A DNA stretch of 64,000 nt, taken from IMG/VR virus record IMGVR_UViG_3300051212_000550. One strand, given 5' to 3'. The DNA is from a virus. The translations under genes were made by a program, and so were the position numbers. The notes under the pieces are model-generated. The model saw nothing but the letters and a program-made list of their open reading frames with translations. It was not told the DNA's origin and did not search any database. This document shows positions 46,828 through 56,714 of the stretch, piece by piece. Numbering within the stretch: the stretch's first letter is position 1; every line of letters begins with the position of its first letter.

Positions 46828-47768
46828 TAGCCTGCCAATGCCTTTAATAAACGGCTTTGATAGTTAATGCTTTCACGCTGTTCACGGCCTGCTGTTTCAG
46901 CACCACCGGCTGCTGGTTCAGCTGCTGCAAAATCATCTTCTGGAGCATTCATCATGTCAGGTTCTGCTGCATCGACCTCTGGCTCTTCAAAGCCTGGAGG
47001 AGCTTCATCTGCACCAGCTTCTGTACCACCTAACATTTCTGCAGGTTGTACTTCACCAGTTAGGGCTCTTACGCCTGTGCTCATTGTTTCTCTAGCTTGC
47101 TTTAGTGTATCTAAAGCTGACTGGATCGCAGGAGCAACTTGGCTTAAAAATGCTTTAGCCTGTTCTTGACCCATTTCATCACGGATACTATCACCTAGAG
47201 ATAATAGTGTATCATTTTCGATACCGGCTAATTCTTCAATCCATCTGCTGACCTTGTCAACCATTCCTTTAGCTGAAACAACAGCAGATGCTTTGTTTAG
47301 TTCGTTTTCATTTACTTGAGTGTTCATACTTTCTCCAATTTGGCTTTCTTGTGTAAAATCATATCCATCGTAGATCCCAAATGACTCGTCGCTGTCATCG
47401 GCAGCTTGATCATCGCTGTAACCTAATTCATCAACAACTTGTTCATTTGATTCTACTTCATCTGTATGAATCCCCTGAAACATTGCTGCCGGATCTTCGT
47501 CAACTATTTCAGATTCAGTACGCTCTGCAATCTCTTGGTTGATGATGTCCAACATCCATTGTGTCTTTTGATGATCTTCATTTTCTACGGTTTCATTAAA
47601 TGTGCTGTCGCTGCGCATTTGATGAACCTTAGTTCTTAGTCTATTTCTTGCATCTTCTAACTGAGGCAAGGTAAAAGCTTCAAGATTGAGCTTCTTTCCA
47701 TAAGTTTTTTCAAAGCTCTCGTTCAGCTTTTTTACCGAGGGCCTAGTAAAAATATCAAGTGTTTTCAT
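46827..47768 (-). CDS. highly acidic protein (scaffold / internal-protein-like)
   Basis: ORF track; D/E-rich. Confidence 0.5.
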   Translation of the reverse strand: MKTLDIFTRPSVKKLNESFEKTYGKKLNLEAFTLPQLEDARNRLRTKVHQMRSDSTFNETVENEDHQKTQWMLDIINQEIAERTESEIVDEDPAAMFQGIHTDEVESNEQVVDELGYSDDQAADDSDESFGIYDGYDFTQESQIGESMNTQVNENELNKASAVVSAKGMVDKVSRWIEELAGIENDTLLSLGDSIRDEMGQEQAKAFLSQVAPAIQSALDTLKQARETMSTGVRALTGEVQPAEMLGGTEAGADEAPPGFEEPEVDAAEPDMMNAPEDDFAAAEPAAGGAETAGREQRESINYQSRLLKALAG

Positions 47769-47799
47769 AAGTTAAAATCCAGAATTATCTTATATTTAT

Positions 47800-48240
47800 T
47801 CAGAATGCAGCCAAAGCTAGTGCGTGTGATTGCGCATTTTTAGCCTTGTCGCGGGCGGTACAATACCTAGCTAGATAGATATCAGCTCGATCATTATCAC
47901 CTTTTTGTCTTGCTAACTGATACTTATTCCTTAAGAATTGGCTTTCGTGCAGCCATTTTCCATACTCTTGATCAGCTCTGTACAACGTGTCAGTCCTTGC
48001 AGTAACTCCAGATTTTGCCATAATGTTGGCTATCTTAATTGCTATAACGTTTAGGCTAATTTCTTTATAAATTACCACTTCGTTACGGATTAGATTTTTC
48101 ATCGCTCCTACAGATACTATCAATATATCACCAACCAAAATACCTTTGCTGGTCTTAACAGGCATAATCTGCTCTTGGTCATAGAGCTTACGATGCGTTC
48201 TTTCAACTACCTGTTGTAATTTTGATTTTAGGTTGGACAT
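47800..48240 (-). CDS. hypothetical protein
   Basis: ORF track. Confidence 0.5.
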   Translation of the reverse strand: MSNLKSKLQQVVERTHRKLYDQEQIMPVKTSKGILVGDILIVSVGAMKNLIRNEVVIYKEISLNVIAIKIANIMAKSGVTARTDTLYRADQEYGKWLHESQFLRNKYQLARQKGDNDRADIYLARYCTARDKAKNAQSHALALAAF

Positions 48241-48268
48241 AAAAAAAGGACCCAGTGGGCCCTTTATT
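48241..48268 (-). terminator. intrinsic terminator (9-bp stem with G.U, then U7)
   Basis: minus-strand RNA AAAGGGCCCACUGGGUCCUUUUUUU. Confidence 0.7.
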
Positions 48269-48285
48269 TAAATTAGTCTATAACT

Positions 48286-48684
48286 TTATAAAAAGAATTT
48301 GATAACTTCACTAACATCTACCTTATTGAACCATCCTGCACCTGCTGCAAAAGCCAGTCCAATCATTAGATACATTATCACCTTATGTTTTTGTTTTTCT
48401 AAATCTTCAATTTTTGCTGCTAATGTTGCATGGGCTGCTGCATCTTCCTGATGTAGTCTATCTGCATGTTCATAAAATCTGTCACGATTTGATTTATATT
48501 CATCCATCATTACATCTAATTTAGCATCCAATAGATCCCTAGTACGATCTAGGCAGTCATGCATGTCTTTGACGTCTGTTTTCAGATCATCAATTTTTTC
48601 ATCAATATTTTCTACTTTGGTTTCCAGTACGCTTACTCGCTCCGCGACTGGCTGTATAGTTGATACTCGCGCCATTTTAGGCAA
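48286..48684 (-). CDS. coiled-coil protein with C-terminal TM anchor
   Basis: ORF track. Confidence 0.5.
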   Translation of the reverse strand: MPKMARVSTIQPVAERVSVLETKVENIDEKIDDLKTDVKDMHDCLDRTRDLLDAKLDVMMDEYKSNRDRFYEHADRLHQEDAAAHATLAAKIEDLEKQKHKVIMYLMIGLAFAAGAGWFNKVDVSEVIKFFL

Positions 48685-48773
48685 ATCTCCTGTTATTGGT
48701 CAAGTTCCTTGCGGATATGTGCCTTATAGAAATCGCCTAAATCTTTGCCTTTACAGAAATATTTATCAAAATA

Positions 48774-49157
48774 TTATTTTATCCATGTATTGGAATTTTC
48801 ACCTTTGGTGATAAAGGCGGCTGGATTGATATCGGCAGTTTCTTTTAACAGAGTAATTACAGGAACACCATGCAGATCATCTACAAGTAATCCAACTGGA
48901 TCTGAGCCTTTTAAGAAAGAATCGTCTCTCTCAGTGTCAAATTCCCATATCCAATGATTGGCCTTCCCGTCAGTCGTTGGAATTGATCCGGTGTTCATTT
49001 TAGGATCTTGTTCCCAACTGATGTTTGCTCTTAGACCAATTGCTTGAATCAAACTATTAAAGTTAGATTGTTGACCTAACTTAATTTTATCAGTTTCAGA
49101 CCTTGTCGGTTGGGTTCTTGTTATATCTATTAATGTTGTGATGGTATATCTTGCCAT
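48774..49157 (-). CDS. hypothetical protein
   Basis: ORF track. Confidence 0.5.
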   Translation of the reverse strand: MARYTITTLIDITRTQPTRSETDKIKLGQQSNFNSLIQAIGLRANISWEQDPKMNTGSIPTTDGKANHWIWEFDTERDDSFLKGSDPVGLLVDDLHGVPVITLLKETADINPAAFITKGENSNTWIK

Positions 49158-49185
49158 AATGTGCTACTATTTATGGCCAATAAAA

Positions 49186-49214
49186 AAGAGCGGAATAAAT
49201 CCGCTCTTAATTTT
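49186..49214 (-). terminator. intrinsic terminator (9-bp stem AAGAGCGGA/UCCGCUCUU + U-tract)
   Basis: seen directly, 15 nt after the stop of gene 49229..49675. Confidence 0.8.
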
Positions 49215-49228
49215 GATTAATAAAAATA

Positions 49229-49675
49229 TTAACCGTCTGTGTCGCTGTCGCCAATCTGACCAATCAACAAGAGTATTTCTGCGCCGCCTAGAGCCGCACG
49301 TACCGCTGTTCGTAGTTTAGTAATAGTACTGCCCTCGTTGAGGAAAGTAGTACCGTCATCGTAAGGAATACTTGAATCTCTAACCATTATAGTTAAACGA
49401 TTGCTGTCACTAGTACAGCCCACTTCATAAACTTCGCAGTACTGTTGCACTGCCTGTACTGCTAGGAATACATCGCCGTTCTGTGACTGGAAGTCACTAG
49501 TAATGCTGTAGTTGTCTGCGTTAGTGCTGTCGTTAGGTGCCCATGCAGTATTACCGCTAGGTAATGTCTGCCCGTTGGTATTTAAAATTATAGGCGTAAT
49601 CTTTGGTGTGCCAAGTTCTGAACTTGGCTTAACTCTGCGGGCATTTTGCCCAATCTCTGAATACAAATCTGCCAT
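49229..49675 (-). CDS. small abundant-looking virion protein candidate
   Basis: ORF track; has its own strong terminator. Confidence 0.5.
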   Translation of the reverse strand: MADLYSEIGQNARRVKPSSELGTPKITPIILNTNGQTLPSGNTAWAPNDSTNADNYSITSDFQSQNGDVFLAVQAVQQYCEVYEVGCTSDSNRLTIMVRDSSIPYDDGTTFLNEGSTITKLRTAVRAALGGAEILLLIGQIGDSDTDG

Positions 49676-49700
49676 TTTTAATCTCCTATGATATGTATAT

Positions 49701-49734
49701 TAAAAAAGGGCGGCAGTAATTAACCAACCGCCCT
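49701..49734 (-). terminator. intrinsic terminator (GGGCGG...CCGCCC + U6)
   Basis: seen directly. Confidence 0.7.
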
Positions 49735-49755
49735 ACTTCCCATCCCTAGGAAATA

Positions 49756-50118
49756 TTATAGTGCTGGAGTAAAGATTGCTTCAACAGTAACAGTAGCACC
49801 AGTTCCTGCTGCTGCGTCTGTTAGGTTGAAAGTACCTGTACCTTGTACACGCATATAGATTACATCGGTTGTACCGCTTACGAATGCTGAACCATCTGCT
49901 GTACCAATAGCTGCTACAGTAAATGCATCACCAGTGTCAGCTGGTAAAGTACCACCAGAACCACCTGGAAGTGTGATTGCGTTACGGATTGCTGTGACGT
50001 TTGCATTTGTCATGTTTGTTAAAGCAACTTTAACAATTAGTTCACGACCAACGTCTGCTTGGTTGATTACATGCTTGCCATAATTGGCTGCAATTGTTTC
50101 ATTTAATAGATCTGCCAT
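49756..50118 (-). CDS. small Gly/Thr/Ala-rich beta-protein, candidate major structural/decoration protein
   Basis: ORF track; has its own strong terminator. Confidence 0.5.
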   Translation of the reverse strand: MADLLNETIAANYGKHVINQADVGRELIVKVALTNMTNANVTAIRNAITLPGGSGGTLPADTGDAFTVAAIGTADGSAFVSGTTDVIYMRVQGTGTFNLTDAAAGTGATVTVEAIFTPAL

Positions 50119-50194
50119 GATATTTTCTCCTCATAATCAAAGCCTCGCTCAGAGGCTGGCATAGTATTTATTTTGATTGGAAAAAATTATGGAT

Positions 50195-50464
50195 TTAGAG
50201 AGGTTTTTTAGGAGATTTGCGATCTTCTGCAATCTTACGAATGCCTCTAGAAAACTTAGCGGCATCTGCACCTTTGATAGAATTGAGCAATCTACGCTCT
50301 AACTCATCTGCTTCTTCTGGGCCGTAGTTCTTTTTGATTGATTCAATTAAATTAATAGCTGAATTAATGATGTTAATCGCACGGCTTTCAACAACAGCGT
50401 CAGTGTGACGAACTTCTGCTATCGAATTCAGTTCCTGCAATATCGATCGAGTTTTCAGTTTCAT
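50195..50464 (-). CDS. hypothetical basic protein
   Basis: ORF track. Confidence 0.5.
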   Translation of the reverse strand: MKLKTRSILQELNSIAEVRHTDAVVESRAINIINSAINLIESIKKNYGPEEADELERRLLNSIKGADAAKFSRGIRKIAEDRKSPKKPL

Positions 50465-50621
50465 AAAAATAACTTATCCTGTTCTAGTATTTAACCAATT
50501 TAATAGTATTGTAACAAAAACCCGGATCTAAGTAAAGATCTTGATTTGTTGCACTGCCAGAGTTAGAGCTAAATAAATCAGTAGAAACACTGATTCTACA
50601 CACACTTACAGAGGTATAACT

Positions 50622-50801
50622 ATGAAACAATTATCAACTATGATGTTGGGCTTCTTAGAACGTTTAGCAGAAATGTTCCCAGAGTCAACATATCAATCAC
50701 GCTTAGAAGCATACCTAAGCCGTTACTGCATTGACAATCCAGCACAGCTTGAACACCTTCAACGCCAGTTTGATCAGGAATGTCAAAGAGGTTCAATATG
50801 A
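50622..50801 (+). CDS. 59-aa protein (start of a plus-strand small-gene cassette)
   Basis: hand-found; SD AGAGG; below the ORF-track cutoff. Confidence 0.4.
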   Translation: MKQLSTMMLGFLERLAEMFPESTYQSRLEAYLSRYCIDNPAQLEHLQRQFDQECQRGSI

Positions 50802-50950
50802 AAAGATACTGGAATACATTCCTAAACATCTGCGAATCTTTTAGCAGAGCTAGGGCTGCTGCGGCACTAAGCAGATTAGGTCATCATGATCTTGCCCGCG
50901 ACCTGATGCTCAAAGACTGAACTATCTGGAGAAATCGACCATGTTTAGAC

Positions 50951-50979
50951 TTGATATGTTGTATCCCGAGATATATAAT
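50951..50979 (+). promoter_or_regulatory. sigma70-type promoter (-35 TTGATA, 17 nt, -10 TATAAT)
   Basis: seen directly; implies the downstream gene starts at 51010. Confidence 0.6.
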
Positions 50980-51009
50980 AACACATACACTAACACACAA
51001 GGAGGAGTT

Positions 51010-51264
51010 ATGTTTTCACCCATCTTTTATCTAGAGTCTTTTCAGAACACTAAAAAAATTGTCACTGATCAGATCTTTAAAGACCCTGCCCTAAACAAAG
51101 CGGCACACGCATACATCGATGCACAAACACAATTCGCTAAAATGGCTGTTAACAACACCATTGAGATGGCAAAGTATTCTGTAGATTCAGTATCTAAAGT
51201 GCTGTTTCCTCAGAAGGAGCAGGCTTCAAAGGCTCCCTACAAAGTAGAAAAAGAAGCTAACTAA
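51010..51264 (+). CDS. 84-aa hypothetical protein
   Basis: ORF track 50941..51264 trimmed to the Met preceded by GGAGG. Confidence 0.5.
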   Translation: MFSPIFYLESFQNTKKIVTDQIFKDPALNKAAHAYIDAQTQFAKMAVNNTIEMAKYSVDSVSKVLFPQKEQASKAPYKVEKEAN

Positions 51265-51290
51265 GACATACACACACAAAGGAGATTATT

Positions 51291-51566
51291 ATGTCACAAT
51301 TCGAAACACCAAAGCTACCAGAAGTTAAATTTAATAAGAATGGATATGAGATTCGCACTGATATTTTAGCAATGGCTAAAGACTTAGTTGCACAAGACTT
51401 TCACGTCAAGTTCCAAGGTTGGGAAATGACTGCTGAACGTGATCAAAAGACTGGTCAGATTGTTAGCAAAGTCAACATGCCGGAGTTCCCAGGACTTGAC
51501 AAAGTTCTAGAAACTGCTGAAAAGATGTACAACTTTGTAAATCAAACTCAGGGCGTGAAGAAATAA
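51291..51566 (+). CDS. hypothetical protein
   Basis: ORF track; SD AAAGGAG. Confidence 0.5.
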   Translation: MSQFETPKLPEVKFNKNGYEIRTDILAMAKDLVAQDFHVKFQGWEMTAERDQKTGQIVSKVNMPEFPGLDKVLETAEKMYNFVNQTQGVKK

Positions 51567-51602
51567 TATAGGCTCTTAGAGCAATATAATAGCGCAAATA
51601 AT

Positions 51603-51630
51603 AAGCCCCCGGAAGGGGGCTTTCTGTTAT
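51603..51630. terminator. bidirectional intrinsic terminator (AGCCCCC-ggaa-GGGGGCU) between convergent genes
   Basis: seen directly. Confidence 0.8.
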
Positions 51631-52328
51631 CTAACTTTGGCTAATTTAAAAAACTGTAGGATCTTGATATACATCCAGCCTATATCAAATTCCCATTTGC
51701 GTTGACGGAAGTCAGCTGATGCGCCATTGGCGTGATGGTTGTTATGTAGTTCTTCGCCGCCGATCCAGAATGCCCATGGCCAAAGATTACGACTAGTATC
51801 TTTAGTATCTGTATTGCGGTAACCCCACCAGTGGCAAAGACCGTTAACTACTCCTGCTGCCCAAAATGGAATCCACAGCATCTGAACACCCCAGACCACA
51901 AATCCCACAGGGCCAAAAAGAACAAGATCTATGATCAACATTAAAAGAATCCCTAGGCGACTGTGCGGAGTGTATAACTTTTCTTCAATCCAATCGTCGG
52001 GAGTTCCAACACCCAATTCTTGAATTAGTATTTTGTTTTTTGCTGCTTTTGCATACAAGAACGCACCACCAAATAGCACACGCCAAATACCATAGACCTG
52101 AGGGCTATGTGGATCTTTTTCTGTATCTGATGCTTGGTGATGTTTACGATGTATAGCTACCCATTCTCGAGTAACCATTCCTGTTGTAAGCCATAACCAA
52201 AAACGCATGAAGTGTGCGACTATAGGATGGAATTGAACTGCGCGATGTGCTTGGCTACGATGTAGATAAAGTGTAACGCAAGCGATAGTGATTTGTACCA
52301 TCACCAAGGTATAGATGATTATTAACAT
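51627..52328 (-). CDS. membrane fatty-acid desaturase (DesC/delta-9-like; His boxes HRSQAH, HRKHH, HNNHH)
   Basis: three His-box motifs. Confidence 0.7.
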   Translation of the reverse strand: MLIIIYTLVMVQITIACVTLYLHRSQAHRAVQFHPIVAHFMRFWLWLTTGMVTREWVAIHRKHHQASDTEKDPHSPQVYGIWRVLFGGAFLYAKAAKNKILIQELGVGTPDDWIEEKLYTPHSRLGILLMLIIDLVLFGPVGFVVWGVQMLWIPFWAAGVVNGLCHWWGYRNTDTKDTSRNLWPWAFWIGGEELHNNHHANGASADFRQRKWEFDIGWMYIKILQFFKLAKVR

Positions 52329-52984
52329 TAATAGTTCCCTGAGGCTAGAACTATTTTACAGATGTGTTCTAAACGCTCAATGTGCTCGAAGGATCTCCAA
52401 GGTGTAGAATCTATAGCAACAACTCCATGTCCTTTAATGCCTACGATATCGTACTTAATCTCTCCGGTTTTAGAATTTAAACCCAACTTTTCGTGACATT
52501 GATCTCCCAATTCTTGACTTATTGGGGGGACATCGCCCACATTAGGTGCTACACGAGTATATCTGCTAAGTTCTGGAAAGTGACTAGCCAATTCTGAAAG
52601 CTCTATACCGGCATGCATAGCTGCTACAATATAAGTGGGATGAATATGTGTTACTACACGTACTTCGTCTTTATGTATTTCTCGCTGTAGACCAAAATGC
52701 AGAGGCATTTCACCTGTAGGTTTAAGCCCTACACTTATATCACTATAGGGCATTTCTTCCCATCCATAAATCATTTCTGCTGTACCAGCACCACTATTAA
52801 TAGCTCTATTGATTTTGATTTTTTTAAATTGATCGGGTTGTAAAGTTTGCTTACGAACCCCCGACGGAGTTACATAAAAATGATCTCTATCGTGATGACG
52901 AATAGAGATATTACCATCCCTGCTGGTAATCCAATTACGATTGTAAGCTTCGACTAAAATATCACAAATTGTTTCTAACATCAA
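52328..52984 (-). CDS. class II aldolase/adducin-domain protein (FucA/AraD-like)
   Basis: motifs GNISIRH and HIHPTY. Confidence 0.65.
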   Translation of the reverse strand: MMLETICDILVEAYNRNWITSRDGNISIRHHDRDHFYVTPSGVRKQTLQPDQFKKIKINRAINSGAGTAEMIYGWEEMPYSDISVGLKPTGEMPLHFGLQREIHKDEVRVVTHIHPTYIVAAMHAGIELSELASHFPELSRYTRVAPNVGDVPPISQELGDQCHEKLGLNSKTGEIKYDIVGIKGHGVVAIDSTPWRSFEHIERLEHICKIVLASGNY

Positions 52985-53019
52985 CTATTTATGGATACCT
53001 AAAGTCTCTTTATAAAAAG

Positions 53020-53048
53020 TTGACAGTATTATAAACAGAGTATATAAT
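53020..53048 (+). promoter_or_regulatory. perfect consensus sigma70 promoter (TTGACA, 17 nt, TATAAT); transcript apparently leaderless
   Basis: seen directly; the -10 ends 6 nt before ATG 53055. Confidence 0.65.
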
Positions 53049-53054
53049 CACAAG

Positions 53055-53267
53055 ATGCTAAACTCTATTCTAAAATGGACTGCGTGTTTTATAACACTGG
53101 CAGGGGCAATGTGTACTAGCCTAAGAATTGATCCAACTAATATTTGGCTTCTTAATATAGGAGCATTCATTTACTTAATTTGGAGTTTAAGGATCCGAGA
53201 ATGGAGCCTTGTTGTAATCAATGGGGGCTTACTTCTAATCTATATCGTAGGACTTTTTTATAAATGA
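53055..53267 (+). CDS. small membrane protein
   Basis: ORF track. Confidence 0.5.
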   Translation: MLNSILKWTACFITLAGAMCTSLRIDPTNIWLLNIGAFIYLIWSLRIREWSLVVINGGLLLIYIVGLFYK

Positions 53268-53854
53268 AAAACAAAATCATACTCACAGATGCAGACGGTG
53301 TATTACTTGATTGGGAATACGCTTTTGATGTTTATATGCGACAACATGGATTTAACAAAACAGAAGGCGGAAATCTAAAATACAATATTGGTGCCCGTTA
53401 CGGTATTGATATGGATCAAGGTAAGAAATTGATCAAGATCTTTAACGAATCTGCACATATGGGATTCCTTCCTCCGTTGCGTGATGCCATGTACTATGTC
53501 AAACGACTGCATGAAGAACACGGCTATGTATTCCATTGTATTACTAGCCTAAGCAAAGACGAGAATGCCTGCGAACTCCGCAAGATGAATCTTAAAAAGT
53601 TGTTTGGAGAAACTGCATTTGAAAAATTTATCTTCTTAGATACTGGTGCAGACAAAGATGAAGTTCTCGAACAATATCGTAACACAGGATATTTTTGGAT
53701 TGAGGACAAGATAGTTAACGCAGAAGTTGGACATAATCTAGGACTAAGATCTCTGCTGATGGAACACGGACATAATATGGATGCTTACCTTCCGTTTCCT
53801 AAGGTTAAGAACTGGAAAGAAATTTATGAAATCATCACCGATCAGAAGTCTTGA
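53264..53854 (+). CDS. HAD-superfamily 5'(3')-deoxyribonucleotidase-like (NT5C family)
   Basis: motif I LTDADGVLLDWE (DxDGV). Confidence 0.6.
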   Translation: MKNKIILTDADGVLLDWEYAFDVYMRQHGFNKTEGGNLKYNIGARYGIDMDQGKKLIKIFNESAHMGFLPPLRDAMYYVKRLHEEHGYVFHCITSLSKDENACELRKMNLKKLFGETAFEKFIFLDTGADKDEVLEQYRNTGYFWIEDKIVNAEVGHNLGLRSLLMEHGHNMDAYLPFPKVKNWKEIYEIITDQKS

Positions 53855-54032
53855 ACGGATATGGGCTAGAGCTACAGGTCACTTAATGGGACACACCGAC
53901 GATGATCGTCCGGATATTCCTATATTAACTATCAGAGAAGCAAGAATAGCATTGTTCTTAAAAACTTTTTGGGTTGTTATTCACGTAGTTACTTGTTGCT
54001 TTATTATTGCTAATGTCATTAGGCATTGGTAA
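53827..54032 (+). CDS. small membrane protein
   Basis: ORF track 53781..54032 trimmed to MKSSPIR; ATGA overlap. Confidence 0.4.
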
Positions 54033-54119
54033 AAAGCTCACTTTCAACCTACGGGGTAGCGAATCCTTCAGTTGGGCCAGCAGCCGGCCACGCACCATAG
54101 ACGGTCCTAAGGTGTGTTC

Positions 54120-55253
54120 TTATTCCGCGTTAGCCTGAAGTTCAAATGTAAAATCGTCTAGGCTGACGTTCGGATGTCTTTGTAATAGCTTTTGCTGAGC
54201 GTCTTCTTTGTTATCAGCTTCGTATCTTGCTTGACGGCCCGACGGTGTATGAGTGACTAACCATGTACCTGGACCATCTGTTTCTCCGCTCGGTTCCTCT
54301 TCTGGTGCTTCAGATGCGTAAGAATATGGTAAGCGATCTTTGATGTCCGAAATAGCCTTTTCAATATCGTATCCGCCGCTGACAATTTCTGTAGAGTTCT
54401 TTTTAATTTCATCGCCTTTGGATTTCAATGCTGCGATAATTTTTTTTAATAGACCAGGAAATAGTTCGGCAAATTTTTTATCTCCGCCGCTATAACTTAG
54501 ACTTTGATCTCCGTTGTTCATCTGACCCGTAGGTCCGTGCATCTGCCATTTGCCATTAACATCATCTACGTTGGATTTATCAACAATAGAGATCAGCGGA
54601 CCTTCGGGAGCATAACGCTGGAACCAACGAAGACCTGTGCTTGATCCTGTGCAGAAGCTGGCCTGAAATCCTGCTGAGTTATTGAATGTATAGCAGGCAC
54701 CGTAGTTATAAGGAAGTGTTATCAAGAAACGATCATCATCTATCAATGTAGTTTCTTTCTTTTCACGCTTGTGTTTTTCTATAGTTTCTGCGTCTTTGAT
54801 TCTATTCAATTCGCTCTGATAACCAGGTTCACGAATAATTTTTTGTATCTGCTTGATACTATTGAATCTATTAAAGTCCTGATGCTCTGGTTTAAGTTTA
54901 CCGCGAATGCTCAAAGCTTTCCATGCGCCCAGAGCATCTCCACCTTCACCGTTGATATCCTCAAAGTCAACCATACCGTTGGTATAGAGACGTGTTAGCC
55001 AATCGTCGAATTTTCCATCAGCAGATATATCACCATAGTTTGTTAACCTTAGACTGTCGTCTAACAGATCGCTCCATAGTTTAAGGATCTGTTCATCGGT
55101 TGGTTTTACTCCTAGGGCAGCTACCTTATTCTTAGGTAATGTGCCGTCATGGCGCATGGCGATGCCTAACATCTTGATTGTTTTTGGATCTTTTAACTTA
55201 GCCGCGATGTTAGCTTCAAATAGTTGTGGATCGTTTAAATCTGCGGTTTTCAT
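54120..55253 (-). CDS. hypothetical protein
   Basis: ORF track. Confidence 0.5.
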   Translation of the reverse strand: MKTADLNDPQLFEANIAAKLKDPKTIKMLGIAMRHDGTLPKNKVAALGVKPTDEQILKLWSDLLDDSLRLTNYGDISADGKFDDWLTRLYTNGMVDFEDINGEGGDALGAWKALSIRGKLKPEHQDFNRFNSIKQIQKIIREPGYQSELNRIKDAETIEKHKREKKETTLIDDDRFLITLPYNYGACYTFNNSAGFQASFCTGSSTGLRWFQRYAPEGPLISIVDKSNVDDVNGKWQMHGPTGQMNNGDQSLSYSGGDKKFAELFPGLLKKIIAALKSKGDEIKKNSTEIVSGGYDIEKAISDIKDRLPYSYASEAPEEEPSGETDGPGTWLVTHTPSGRQARYEADNKEDAQQKLLQRHPNVSLDDFTFELQANAE

Positions 55254-56116
55254 CCTGATATCAATGCCCTTTTAAAGAATGCAAGAACTGTGCCTAGTTT
55301 TTTCTGATCGCCGTTGCTGATATCTTTTAATAATAGTTGTGTACCTTCGGAATGTTGAGCAGAATAACTGTTACTATATCCTCTTCCGATCGTTCCTGTT
55401 TGATCTGGATAATGATGGCTAGCTGCCATCAGTACGGCGGTGTTAACACTGGTCCTAATGAATGATTGATCGAATCTATCATTATCTAAATTATCTAACG
55501 CATCTTGAAGAGCTTCTATATGAGCTAGTTTTTTCTTTGCTTTGGCAAAGGCATCATTCTTAATCTGATTGGCTACATGTCCTTTAATGTCTGCTATTGC
55601 AGCTTGGATAGCTTTAGCCCAAAGAGGTTTAAACTTTTTTGTCAGTGTTTCTTGAGAAACAGCACCCAGTTGGTCTTTCTTGTTTAATTCCTCTCTATCT
55701 CTTTTCTTTCTAGAGGTATCTGCTTGCTTTAAAGCTACATGGAATTCGCGCAACTTTCCAATACGTCCTTTGAGAAAATCTAGGATATTGCCGCCTCTTT
55801 CATTGCGCATCTTGCTGACTTCACCGTCGCCTGTAGACGCAAGAGCGTGATAGGTGTTGTCACTGGTTTTGATAGCACCCGTTCCGTTGGTACCAATAAT
55901 GATCACCCAACTATTGCGGCTATAGTCTTTTAATTCACTCCAACTGATCTTTTCTATCTTAGAAAATTTTAAATCGTGGGGTGTAGAATATTCAGTGTGT
56001 AGAGTTTTCATTACATCACTGCCACCAGGTTTAGTTTTAATGATATCACCTGTAGTAGAAGCTTCTGAAAGAACTTCTCTACACATATCTGCAAATAATT
56101 TACCAGCTGTTGTCAT
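55250..56116 (-). CDS. hypothetical protein
   Basis: ORF track. Confidence 0.5.
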   Translation of the reverse strand: MTTAGKLFADMCREVLSEASTTGDIIKTKPGGSDVMKTLHTEYSTPHDLKFSKIEKISWSELKDYSRNSWVIIIGTNGTGAIKTSDNTYHALASTGDGEVSKMRNERGGNILDFLKGRIGKLREFHVALKQADTSRKKRDREELNKKDQLGAVSQETLTKKFKPLWAKAIQAAIADIKGHVANQIKNDAFAKAKKKLAHIEALQDALDNLDNDRFDQSFIRTSVNTAVLMAASHHYPDQTGTIGRGYSNSYSAQHSEGTQLLLKDISNGDQKKLGTVLAFFKRALISG

Positions 56117-56128
56117 AATTGATATTTA

Positions 56129-56242
56129 TTAGTATTTGGTTGGGTTACAGCAATATGTTGGGTCGCACCAGTCTGTATCGATTGATGCGGCTATCACACT
56201 GCTAGAGGCGATCAATAATATTGAAGCAAGGAATACTTTCAT
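56129..56242 (-). CDS. 37-aa secreted Cys-rich mini-peptide (MKVFLASILLIASSSVIAAS-IDTDWCDPTYCCNPTKY)
   Basis: hand-found; its ATG lies 1 nt after the SNase gene's TAA; it fills the whole intergenic gap. Confidence 0.35.
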   Translation of the reverse strand: MKVFLASILLIASSSVIAASIDTDWCDPTYCCNPTKY

Positions 56243-56689
56243 TTAGTTGCACCAACTTTGTTTTGCATCGCCATAATATTCACGAGCAAAACCATTTGCA
56301 ATTAGGGCAGCACGTAGGCTCTGTCCATTAACTAAAATATCACCCAATACACGACCACCAAACTTGTCCCATCCGTAGAGTGTAGCTTGAAATTTACCAC
56401 CATTGGCTGCGGCAGTAGCGATGGCATTCTTGGTGAAAGCTGTGGCTGCTTCTCCTCGTTGTGCTTCGCTAGGGCATTGTGCTCTGTGTCCTTTTTCTGG
56501 AGTGTCGACTCCGTAGACTCTAACAGCAAGCTCTGGCTTAAGAGGCGCTGGCAGAAAGGGTGCTGCGATCACCACCGTATCGCCGTCGCTAACTCTTAAA
56601 ATTTGTGCATCGTATGTAACTCCTTTTGGAGCCTTTTGAGCAAATGCCAGTACAGGCACAGCTAATAATAATAGTAGTAGTTTTTTCAT
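56243..56689 (-). CDS. secreted staphylococcal-nuclease-like (SNase/thermonuclease) protein
   Basis: signal peptide; motifs VSDGDTVVI and VRVYGVDTPEK. Confidence 0.7.
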   Translation of the reverse strand: MKKLLLLLLAVPVLAFAQKAPKGVTYDAQILRVSDGDTVVIAAPFLPAPLKPELAVRVYGVDTPEKGHRAQCPSEAQRGEAATAFTKNAIATAAANGGKFQATLYGWDKFGGRVLGDILVNGQSLRAALIANGFAREYYGDAKQSWCN

Positions 56690-56714
56690 GATGAATCCTA
56701 ATAAGTGTATTTAT

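Noticed and set aside
50141-50157. Hairpin AGCCUC-gcuca-GAGGCU between genes 49756..50118 and 50195..50464
   Set aside because: It has no U-tract on either strand. It is probably an mRNA stability or processing hairpin rather than a terminator
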